Source of the DNA: Chlorokybus atmophyticus
Taxonomy: Eukaryota; Plantae; Mesostigma and Chlorokybus algae
Assembly (NCBI GenBank): GCA_009103225.1
Contig: RHPI01000671.1
Location: forward strand, 3,531 to 67,530
Length of the DNA stretch: 64,000 nt
Direction: 5' to 3'
The translations under genes were made by a program, and so were the position numbers. Below are positions 24,256 to 35,307 of the stretch, piece after piece (position 1 is the first letter of the stretch; each line of letters opens with the position of its first letter). A model generated the notes under the pieces. It did no database searches and was not told the DNA's origin. It saw nothing but the letters and a program-made list of their open reading frames with translations.

Positions 24256-26725
24256 TTGCTGCGTGATGGTCCAACGCAGCCACAGATAGCTGCAACTTGG
24301 CTTATGGGGGCGTCAACTCCGCTGCCGAAGCGCAAAGGCAAACCCATCCAGGCCAATGAGGTGAAGCCTGGTGGCGATCCCGTAGTGGTGGCACCTGCTG
24401 GACCATCGCCACGCCGGTCTCTTAAACTGGTCCAGGCCACCTCTGTTTGTGCGCCGCCGCCCCAGCAGCAGCAGCAGCAGCTGCAGCAGCACATGCCCAG
24501 CAGCAGCATTGCCAAGGGTAAAGCGCCAGCAACGCCACTTGAACAGGCACCTGAGCCACTGGCACAGAAGGGAAGCAGCACCAGTGAGATTGGTCTCGCA
24601 ACCCCACTGCAGCATAAGCCAGAACTTAGCAGTGGTAGCATTCCGCAGCAGCGAGCACAATTGGTAAGTGGCACTGATCGCACTGCTGCTGCATTGGAGG
24701 TTAGAAGGACCGATCAGGCTGGGCCAAGTAGTTCTGGGCTGGCTTCATCACCGGAGCAAGCGAGCGAGATCGCCCCCAACACAACAGATTATAGAACAAC
24801 AGCAGCAGGACAACGACAGCAGCAGCAGCAGCCGCCTCCACCAAATCACTCAGGCATAAATGTAAGCAACCTCACTGTGCCTCGCCCGACCTTCACGGCA
24901 GAACGTGGGTTGACGAGGTGGCAGCGCATCTCGCGTAAGATGTTTTCCAGCAGTAAGCGCAAGAGCTCAGTGGTGACCATCAGCGCTCACCCGGGCGAGA
25001 ATGTGCGGTTACGATTGCAGGTACTCATCCAAAAGGATGTGGTTGCTTTTACATGAGATGCATAGCTTCTTGGAGGACTCGTTGTCGCAAGCAATTTATC
25101 AACTCTGTCTGCTTCAGATTTATGGAGCAGAGCGTGGTGTTGTGAGGGTATCAGATGCCAATGGAGAACGCATCTTGCAGGTGAATGTCTGTTGTGGCCA
25201 GATTAATAATGTGTGAACCAAAGTACATTAACACATCTGTGTAACAGGCAAATGAACCTCTTGTTTTCCAAAAAGAGGTGAAGTTGTACAGCCGGCAAAA
25301 TCCAAATGATCCCTTCAAGCTAGTCGGTGTACTAGCGCCACAGGCAAGCACAAAGACCCAATGTTGGTTATGTCATGTCTGTGGTATGCAGTGCTGTGAG
25401 TGTTCACACAGACAGAGGCAGGGATGTGACAACCTATGTCATCACAATGGCATCAGCATTAGCCTGCGGCCTAATAGTGTGATAGGGTCAGGTGCCTCCT
25501 CCTCCTGCAAGCAATCCTCAGCTACAAGCTGGTCTGGCCACAGAACAACCAAGCAGGTGTGTACAGGCAGATCAGTCAAAAGTTGCCGGGAGTAGTGCGC
25601 CGGCCCAACTTGCTTGCATGCTCGCAGCACTTATGTGTGTGCGCCCACAGGTACTCGGATGTGGCAGGGTCCAGCAGGGCAGCAGAAAACCAGGCATCTA
25701 CGTCGGATGCACAAGCTGGCCCTGATGCGGTTCGTTCTGGCTTGCTTTCAAAGCGTGCCCAATCGCAATGGCTGATACTACACTACACTATATACTACTT
25801 GCATGCTCAGAGTGAGCAGCACATGTTTTTTTGCTTGCAGGGCGAGCACAATGAGGAGGTAGCCAAGGAGTTGGACCAGATGATGCAAGCACTAGAGACC
25901 CGTGTGAAGCAGAACGAAGTAGAGTTGAATGACTTCAACAATGACATTGCACAGGTGCTGATGCGGTTGCCTACTGCAACACGGATTGTAGCAGCGTGTC
26001 AAGCCTGTAACATGCATTCATTATTGAAATGTTGGTTTGCAGGTCATGCAGTGGCTTGTTTCCCGTGAGCGGCTCATTACAGAGCTGGAGACTCGTGTCG
26101 GCCAGAAGGAACATGTGCTTCGCTTTCTGGAGGGTGAACTGATGGAAGCAGAACGGCAACAAACGCTGATGGGCGAGGTTAGCGCATGTGGCAAGGGTTG
26201 CATTGTACAGACATTGTGCAACAACGACCAGGAAGTTTGTGCCATATGGAGCTGCCTGAAGTCAACCTGCACTATCATGTGGTAACTTGGCAGTCTTGGA
26301 GGCAGCTAAGCTTGTTCTACTCTGGTTCACAGCGTCTAAAGACACGGGAAGAGCATCTGGCTGCTACTCAACTGCGTTTGGAGGACCGTGAGGTGGATCT
26401 AATGACGAAGGCCAATGAGGTGTGCGTTGGACCGCAGCAGCTCTGTGATGTGTTGCACTGGTTGCAGATGCCCGGCTGACATGTCTGTGTGTTCCCCTCG
26501 CAGCTGTCAAACTGGTCAAGAAGGTTAGAGCTCAAGGAGCGGATGCTCAACGAGCGTGAAGATCGACTCAACCGCAGTGAACAGCAGAATAATGTGACGC
26601 TCCGCAACATTTCCAGGTGCCTGATCGCTTACTGCACACGCAATCAACCTTGTAAAGCATGTTGTGTTCTGCAACAGTCCTCATGTCTGAGTCGCCGGTT
26701 TGTGTGTGCCAAGTTTGCGCGCTGA
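24256..26725 (+). CDS. Hypothetical multi-exon protein: low-complexity N-terminus, small globular domain, C-terminal coiled coil
   Basis: Frame-preserving exons: ...SSVVTISAHPGENVRLRLQ|IYGAERGVVRVSDANGERILQ|ANEPLVFQKEVKLYSRQ...|GEHNEEVAKELDQMMQALETRVKQNE...|RLKTREEHLAATQLRLEDRE...|LSNWSRRLELKERMLNEREDRLNR. Start and last exon are uncertain. Confidence 0.7.
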
Positions 26726-27414
26726 GCAGTCAATCCTATCGTCTCCAATCCTAGCCATTGAGCGACCCGTCTTCTTGTGTGATGCTTCAGTTGCTTGTTT
26801 GTCCTTGGTTAAGGACTACTAAGTTCATCGCAGGCCAAACCAAACATCAATGCTGTGTGGCAGGTGGTATTCAGACATGATGCAGGCTGGCTCCATTCAG
26901 GCCTCCCCTCCACCGCTGCCATCTGCCAGCTTGGATTCAGCCATCCTGGATGCGGTGGCTGTGACCGGCAGTGCAGCTACATCGTTGTCACGCGCGTAGC
27001 AGTCAAACTTGGACAGCTTTCACATCGCTTACTGTGTGATTGGTCAGCAACCCCATCAATTACACAATCTGGCATAGTGTCATATTTTATCTATGTTACT
27101 GTTTATTGAACTTCTTTTATGCTGTTTACCAAGTTGCAACCGACCAAGCTGCACTTGCATTGCCGGGCATGCAATGTATACGATATGAGGAATGATGCAA
27201 AACATTAAGAAGAAGTAGTAGTAGTAGGCACCGCACAGTAGGGTTGCACAGCCAACAAGGTAAAACTTACAAGTTTTGCCGGAGGGTGTAGTTACCAACG
27301 TAACTAGCCCGCCTCTACCAAGGTATGCACTTGCGTGCGAGCAATGCGGCAGTGGTTGCAAGCAGAGAGTTAGGAGGGGTGGGCTAGCATACAATACTGA
27401 ACTGCATTATTTGT

Positions 27415-27690
27415 CACAAACTACCCTTGATGTGCACATGTTCGTCCCATTTTAATACCAATGTAGCTGGCCACATCTTGCATTGATCAATGGTAAGGAA
27501 GTAGCCACTCAGTGGTATGACGCCTGGGCTTCTTTGTACACCACATTGCATTCCTTGTACACAAACTACCCTTGATGTGCACATGTTCGTCCCAATTTGA
27601 CACCAAAGTAGCTGGCCACATCTTGCACTGATCGTTGTTAAGGACGTAGCCACTCAGTATTATGACGCCTGGGAAAGTGTTGTGTACCAT
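27415..27690 (+). repeat. 145-bp tandem duplication of a decayed Ulp1/C48-protease-like coding fragment
   Basis: Units 27415-27559 and 27560-~27690 translate to DVHMFVPF*YQCSWPHLALINGKEVATQWYDAW and DVHMFVPI*HQSSWPHLALIVVKDVATQYYDAW. Confidence 0.6.
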
Positions 27691-27937
27691 TCACAGTACA
27701 CTCGCAACCCAATACACAGCTATGCCAGTGACCTGGTGTTTCTTGCAATAGCTCGCTGCAATGCAAGTTGAGTGTAAAGTGTGCGACTGTAGTAGTTAGC
27801 TATCCTCTTACATTAGCGCAGCCGCTGTCCTACACCAGCGCATGTACAGCACAACTGTATCTATGCTTAACAAGCCAAAACTTGGGGTTTTGAAGAAAAA
27901 GGAAACAAGACTACAACACACAGCCGGGCGCTAGCTA

Positions 27938-29419
27938 CTACTCTGCGGGCGCAGCCTCCTTCTCCTGGGCAGCCTTCGTCTTCTCGGCCGCACGCTCGGC
28001 CTGCTTCTTCTTTTCTCGCATGGTGAACTCCTTCAGCAGCTCCTTGGCGGTCTTCAGCTTGTTCAGCAATCCTCGGTAGTTGTCAAGGTCGCGGTCGATG
28101 CTCATCTTGTTGACATTCAGCGCCGAGGTCAGCTGGCCCAAAGTCTCGGGGTTCACAGAGTTGGACAGCTCCAGCAGCCGAAACATGCCAATGGCAAACA
28201 GCTTGCTGTAGTGGAACTTGCCCTGCAGCAAGTAAGAGTGAAACAAGAGAGTAAGCTAGTGAGCGAGCTGAGAAAACACGTAACGAAGCTATACAGCTAA
28301 TTATACCATGCGGCTGAGTTGCTGGGAACAAGTTTGCAATGTAACTCAATGCACATTGCATGATGCCTTGGGTAATACAAGGTCAATCACTTGGACCTGG
28401 AACATCCTTGACAAGAAGGTAGTGCAATTGCTGGCAGTTGGCACTACCACTTGCAATACCTGAGAAGCGCGAGCTGCAATGTCGCTGAGGACGCCAGGGA
28501 CGCCATCGTTGGAGTTGGCAAATGACAGCAAGGACTCTGCTGATGCAGAAGAGGCCCACTGCTCCAGCGACTTGGCATCAGACCTGTGTCGCACAGCTGT
28601 CAAGAGAATACACAACTACACTGCAATGCGATCATGTTGCTGCAGCCAACCAGATTGAAGCTGATCATTCCACTCACCTGTACTTCTTGGGGTCTTCTTT
28701 CAACGCTTTGATGTAAGCCTCAAAGATCTGTTGGTTTTCCTCTTCCTTGGCGTAGCCGTCCATGAGCTGGTCATACACAGTCACAAAACCCAATGCGAAT
28801 ATGGGATCGTACTGGTAGTTGACATTGTACCTGCATGCGAGGAGTTCTCAGATGAATCACAAAGATGAAGTGAGACAGCAATACGCGCAATTGGCATTGT
28901 GGCCGCTACTGTGCAGGTTCGCTGCGAGGTTGAACGGCAACAATGCGTGCGTTGGGCTACTTTAAAGAAGCTGAGGGAAAGGAAGGACACAATCAACCTG
29001 GGCATTGCTTAGTGCTTGCTTGCTTCAATCTAACACAACGGTTTGGTACACAGCAATGCACAGACAAATTCTTGCCTAACTAGGTGCTGCTGGACGAGGA
29101 GCTCCTGGATGACGTTGTTGTAAATGCTGGGGAGGGGCTTGGAGAAGTTCTGGAGAAAGGCCCTCTTGGTATCGGCGACGGTGGGGATGTCAGCTGCCAT
29201 GCACGCGGCTTGCCTCTTGCTGGCGGCATTGCTGCGGCGACAGCTCAGCCTTGACCGCAGCGCAGCAACAGGGCTTCCAGCCAGGAACGCCCTTTGACTC
29301 GAGGCAGCAGAAGCAGCAGCAGCCGTCTTGGTATAGCTAAACGACGACGGCGACGCAGACGCCGACACCACCGAAGCACCCGACCACACCGACGCACCAG
29401 CGACGGTGGCGGCAGCCAT
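27938..29419 (-). CDS. THF1: Thylakoid formation 1 / Psb29; multi-exon
   Basis: A transit peptide, then PTVADTKRAFLQNFSKPLPSIYNNVIQELLVQQHL...GFVTVYDQLMDGY...FHYSKLFAIGMFRLLE...SIDRDLDNYRGLLNKLKTAKELLKEF. Confidence 0.95.
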
Positions 29420-30591
29420 TTCAGCTACCTGCGCTGCAAGATCACCTGTTGCTCACACCTCCTTGGAAGAAACACCAATACCTACGCCAACACCGCGCCG
29501 CGCAGCACGTTACCCTCCAATGCCAGCCGCTTGACCTCCTTGTTCTGATTATTATCCTCGTCCGCCTCCTCCGCCGCCGCCGGTGCCAAACCCTAGCTGC
29601 AGTCTGATCTGCCACATGTGCATGATCCACACTCTCTCACACACAATGCCACCGATATCTGCGACGACTCGCGTGCGACCACGTCGCGGATAGCGACGCA
29701 GAACCGCTAATGCTGGCAAGATACCGGGATATCACTTCTGGCTCCCTCTATATCAGCAATCAGCACCTGGATAAAGCGTGTTGACAAGGGATATCGGAAA
29801 TTTACCTAAGAGACTGTCCGGCTGCGCAACTCCTTGCTTTGTCGCAGCGCGCGCCGCTGAGCTGGGAAGCTGGCTCTCAGCATTGATGATGATTATGTAT
29901 GCATGCCTCATGTAGCTCTTTGCATTGTTGCCACGTAGTTGTGCATGTCGTTAACGGCGAGGTAAGCAAGCGCTGTAGGCAGGCAGGTATGCTGAGGCTC
30001 TGTGAATGCTGTGAATTGCAAGTGTCAGAGGCGCCGCTGCTGTCTTTGCAGCCATGCTATTGGCCTAGCAGCAGCAGTGCTTTGCCGCAAGTTGTTGAAC
30101 TGCTATGTACATTTCTACACTGACACGCCAGTGGGCATTTCAGTTCAACATGCATGCCAGTAGCGGAAGCTATTTGCCTGTTTCAGAACTTGTCACACTT
30201 GATATCTGTATGACAATCGTAAGCTGCAGACATTGTGCTGCTGCTGTTCCATGAAGTTCAGGCGGCCGCCACTGCCCGCCCACCTCATCATCACCAGCGT
30301 CATGTAAGCAGCAGCAGCACAGACTGTCGTTATACAAACAATATCAACGTGTGTGACTGCGCATCAAGCAGTGCCGCACGTACCCACACTTGGTGACTCG
30401 CAGCTTAGGTGTGGTCTCCGGCTACTACATCTTCGCCCCTCCGTTGCGAGATTATTCGCGGCAGCACGCCGAACAGCAGCTAAATTCAGCAGATACGCAA
30501 ACGCAAGGCAAAAGCCCCAACTGATCAGCCAACGCAGACGACCTCAACTGTGCCAACAACAACAGCAAGCACGCAATCCTTTGTTCGAGTG

Positions 30592-31390
30592 ATGACATCA
30601 GCGGTGGAGTTGCATCCCAAGCTCCAGCCGCTGGCTTTCTTGTTGGGCACGTGGGTCGGCAAAGGCGAGGGCGTGTACCCAACAATCACGCCATTCACGT
30701 ACGAAGAAGAGGCCAAGTTCTGGCACACAGGCAAGGTGACACTCTAGAACCACAAGCACATTATCACTTTGGAGTTGCGCCAATTGCACGTGCTTAACCA
30801 ACGCGGTACTACATGTGTGTACCAGCCTGTGTTGCACTACACACATCGCACGTGGAATGATGTCACAAGGAAGCCGATGCACGGGGAGAGTGGGTATTGG
30901 CGGGTGAGAGATGACGGCACCGTTGAGGCTGTGATCGCGCAAGCCACCGGCATTGCCGAAGTGCAGGTGAGTTGTTGTTGTTGCTGGCAGTGGGGGTGCT
31001 GCTGCTGCTGCTGTTGTTGCGCTCATGTTGCGCTCATGTGTATTTTTGCAGAACGGTGTGTTTGATGAAGGAGACGCAGGCATTCGTTTCAGAAGCTCAC
31101 TGATTGGTAACGCCAACAAGGTGAGATGTGTAATAGTTGATCAATGTGGTGTTTCCACGTCATTACCGTGTCACACACTCATGCATTCATGCAGACGCAC
31201 ACGTACAAGTTCAACAATTGATCGTTTGTGCTTCCGTCAGGTGTTTGGGATTCACCGGCACGTGTGGGTGTCTGAAGACAGCGCCGCGCAGCCCGTGAGG
31301 CGGACACTGTCGTACGAGGTGGACATGCAGACGGACACTCAGCCTTTGCAGCGGCATCTAGCAGCCGTGCTGTACAAGACCGATGCATGA
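30592..31390 (+). CDS. Nitrobindin (THAP4-like/DUF1794 heme beta-barrel, peroxynitrite isomerase family); 4 exons
   Basis: LHPKLQPLAFLLGTWVGKGEGVYPTITPFTYEEE...KPVLHYTHRTW...PMHGESGYWR...VEAVIAQATGIAEV...LSYEVDMQTDTQPLQRHLAAVL. The heme-ligand His in the QRHL motif is retained. Confidence 0.9.
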
Positions 31391-33529
31391 ATTGTCGCGT
31401 GTTGTTGCGTTGACGTGTACAACGAGCGAACATGTGCTTTGGGCGTTGTTTATACGTGTAACACCAAAGTAAGTATGTATACGCGTATGCGCATGTGTGT
31501 GCATGGGGAGGGGTGGGTGGGTGGGTGGGTGATGTGCGTGCGTGTGTCGGGGTGTGTGTGTGTACAATATATAGGATGCAGAGATTGTGGCATGTATCAC
31601 AATGTGAGGCATGCATTGCACACCACACACAACAGCACACAACACTTACATTCACCACCGGGTGCTCTTCCTACTTACTACCTACCTAACTTCACTACTA
31701 GCCCAAACCCCGTTAGACAAGCATGCATGCACGCGCATCACCTGCACCACGGCTGTTGGTTAGCGGCTCCATCATCCAGCAGGCAGCAGCAGCAGCTTCA
31801 GCTCAACGGACTCCCCCTCCTCCGCCCACATCACCGCCGCCACCCACGACAGCGTCGTCCTTGCTCAACGCGACTGCGTCGTTAGGGTTTGCGCCCATCG
31901 GCGCGCAGCATGCATATACAGCACGCCGCACTCCCTATCGCAGTGCCGTTGCTGTGTGTGTGGGCGGGNCGGCGTATGGCGCGGTATCTACTTGGGGGGG
32001 CACATGCACATACGTGCGAATAACTGTTACTTGCACCGGCATGCGCCATCCGCATGTGCACTGACAATGCGGACCAGGCTAGTTGGGTACGGTGCACACG
32101 TGGCGCAAAGTACACCACACTCTACGACTGTAAGAGGCAGAAGGCCAAGGCAAGGTAGAAATGCAGCATCGGCAACTCGTATAGATGTGCATTTGCACGC
32201 CTACGGGTAAGAGTACTGCAACAATCTCTTGCATTGGCTCCAACAACTTGGTTGCTGGTAGAGAATGTATTTATCCAGATTGTGCCACACATGCGCAACA
32301 CTCCGGATGCATTTGTACACTCAAACCAAGCCCGCAAGCCGGCCACCAAGTACACAATTATCTACACTGAAGGGCTGCCCCGGATCTTAATGCACACAAG
32401 TGCAGCAGCGGCAGCAAGGCCGGTAGTGATTCACCGACGACTGCGACAAATTTGTTGCTCAGTCCGACAGCAAGACACACGCGCATATCCTGTACACATG
32501 TGATGATGCTGGTGTACTGCCTGTATGGCAGCTGTCGCCGTGTCAGCACCGCCGTTTCAACGGATGCCGCTACATGGCATGTATATTATTACACCTGCAG
32601 TATGTATGTACGTCCCCATTTTGACTGTATACTAAACCAAAGAGCTATGCAATGCACACTTTAAGAGATGGGTGTGCTAACACATAGTAATAGTATTGGA
32701 GGCACATGCACATCAGTAAATAAATAGATGGGGGCAAAGGCAGAGCTTATGATTGACAATAACATGAACACCTTGATGCAAAACTGATGCTACACCAACT
32801 AGACCCTTAAACTCCCGTAATTTGAACTTAAACAGGCATGGGCAAGTGGGCACATATGAGCATATATCCAATAAGATGTGCTACCCATGCGCAAACATGC
32901 ACATGTAATGAAATACTCCAGCTAAGCTAAAAAACAAGCAGTTCTGCACCTATACATATGCACCCAAAAGGTTGCATGTCGTATGAGTTGTGCTTTGTAT
33001 TGGTAGTTACCATCAGCAACAGCCCTCCTGGTCATGGTTGTATAATGTGCACGCGGCGCGCGCTGCCAACACCCCAAGTAGCGAGATATGTGGAAATAAT
33101 GTTCAAGTTTAATGCACTCTTCAATCTTGCTTGCACTCTGATTCATGTTGAAAGCCGAGTGCCTTTGTATCGCACTACATTGGCATGCGCAATGCGCATA
33201 GCAGTGCTATTAGAAGCAGTTATGACAGTACGGCAGGCATTATCTCATGATACAACCGTTTTGTCACTGGCAATTTCCGCCTCAACCCAATGTGACTTGA
33301 AGGCATTCAGATGCAGTGTAAAGAATGCAACGCGGTGATTGCCCACACAGCAGTTGCTTACCGTGATATCGCGTGATCGGGAGGGGCTTCAGATATGGTA
33401 TTGCGAAGCCACACAGCAATTATGGCAATGCACATTATATGGCATGCATAGTGTACAACCGGCTCACCTTGTCAAGATCGTTGTTGATTGCTGCTGCGTG
33501 GTAGAGCTCGGGCCATTCCATATGCTCGC

Positions 33530-34095
33530 CATCACTAAAACCTATTTGCAAATTGCAATGTTCGGCAAATTTGTACTAAATTTACTAGAACAGAAGCCCC
33601 CCCCCCCNNNNNNNNNNNNNNNNNNNNNNNNNNNNNNNNNNNNNNNNNNNNNNNNNNNNNNNNNNNNNNNNNNNNNNNNNNNNNNNNNNNNNNNNNNNNN
33701 NNNNNNNNNNNNNNNNNNNNNNNNNNNNNNNNNNNNNNNNNNNNNNNNNNNNNNNNNNNNNNNNNNNNNNNNNNNNNNNNNNNNNNNNNNNNNNNNNNNN
33801 NNNNNNNNNNNNNNNNNNNNNNNNNNNNNNNNNNNNNNNNNNNNNNNNNNNNNNNNNNNNNNNNNNNNNNNNNNNNNNNNNNNNNNNNNNNNNNNNNNNN
33901 NNNNNNNNNNNNNNNNNNNNNNNNNNNNNNNNNNNNNNNNNNNNNNNNNNNNNNNNNNNNNNNNNNNNNGGGGGGGGGGGGGGGCTCTATAAAAAACGCC
34001 GTCTTACGGCACAAATAGGCTCGATAAGTGGCCCCCCCAAGAAAAAAAGGTAGGGAGCTTATGTCTAAAGTGGGGGCTTGTGTTCAAGTAAATAC
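33530..34095. mobile_element. Tc2/pogo-like MITE or TE end spanning an N gap
   Basis: The right end GGGGGCTTGTGTTCAAGTAAATACGATAGTA is the reverse complement of a TA..CGTATTTAC...AAGCCCCC terminus like that at 23138. C and G runs flank the gap. Confidence 0.4.
33608..33969. other. Assembly gap (N) flanked by a C run and a G run
   Basis: Direct reading. Confidence 0.99.
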
Positions 34096-34264
34096 GATAG
34101 TACCTTTGGGCAATTCTCATAATGCACGATACCTTGCTTGTAATGTTGTACTCAGCGGCAATGCTAGTCATGGCGTAACAAATCTCATGCATATACCTGT
34201 GCGCTTGGTAAGCAGCAACAGCAAGGATACAATTTCAACAACAACCACCACCCTCCTGGCATGC

Positions 34265-34900
34265 TGCTGGTGCTGGCAGGTGATCTTCGGCGCATGCCTT
34301 TGCAGTTCTGCTTTCTTGCCTCTGCTCCGGCGTGGCGGTTAGGGAGGGGGAGCAGGGGAAGCGGTGGAAGTATAGGAGTATCCGCCGGCGGACGCGTTCT
34401 ATCCCTTGACAGCGGAGACGCATGACACGCTGGGCGACGCCTTTAACACCGTCAATAACAGGGGCGCGCGCCCATAGCCTGCGCGCTGCAGCGGGTGCAG
34501 GGCATGTCATTGTTGGAGAGGGCGCCCCTGCGGTGGCGGCGGCACCGCACGCCCCACTGCAGGCGGCGCGCCCAACAGCAGAAGCGAACGTGGCACTCGC
34601 AAGAGCAGCTTAGCTTAGCTGTTGTGTTCGTGGTGTGACCGTGCGCTAGCGTTGCGGGACGCTGTGGTGTGTGTATGGCCATGGACTGTGCATGTATTGT
34701 AGCTGTACTCGTAAGATAACTCATGTTTGAGTCTGCTACCTTCGGTCTAGCTGCATCACATAGATAGTAAAGAGGGCCCCCCACCCAGTCGTTGTTTGGT
34801 TTCCTGTATTGGTTGCTGCTGTTAATGTTGTTATTGCACTTCTCATTCCAGCGACTTTACCTTGTTATTGCCTTGTTGTTGTCTCCTGTGTTGTGCCTTA
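34265..34900. repeat. Dispersed TE-like repeat, copy B, with ~430 bp extra GC-rich internal sequence
   Basis: Homologous to 17508-17760. The minus-strand frame RKQNCKGMRRRSPASTS matches GKQNSKAMCRRSPASTS in copy A. Confidence 0.7.
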
Positions 34901-35307
34901 TACGTGCTGCAATGTTGCGCAGGCCGTTGCATTACTACATGTCGACAACTTAAATATGGGTCATAACTTGTACCCAAAGATGCCTGCGCAGTTACATTGC
35001 TCATCACTGGTTAAATCACCAGCTGGCAAGGTTGCCCAATCATGCACACGCAATGCAATTGAGCGCGCCATTTACCTGAAACCAGGTCAATGCAGATGTG
35101 TACAACTCTGTCCAAGCACAAGCACACCTGATCCGCAACATGCGATGCCTTGGTCTTATCGACACTAAGTGCACTTGCATTATCTAACATGCCTGCGGCA
35201 TCAGCACAGTGTGCACAACAAACGCCTCATCGCACTGGAAATAGCGTGCAGCACAGACAGACTCTGTCATAACTGCTTTGGGGAGTAACTCCGTCGCAGC
35301 GACCTGG

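Noticed and set aside
32000-33530. Possible transposase fragments (e.g. MEWPELYHAA on the minus strand)
   Set aside because: Too short and stop-ridden to support any family call.
33339-34014. Long ORFs running through X stretches (also 39585-40603 and 50199-50764)
   Set aside because: They are artefacts of translating through N gaps.
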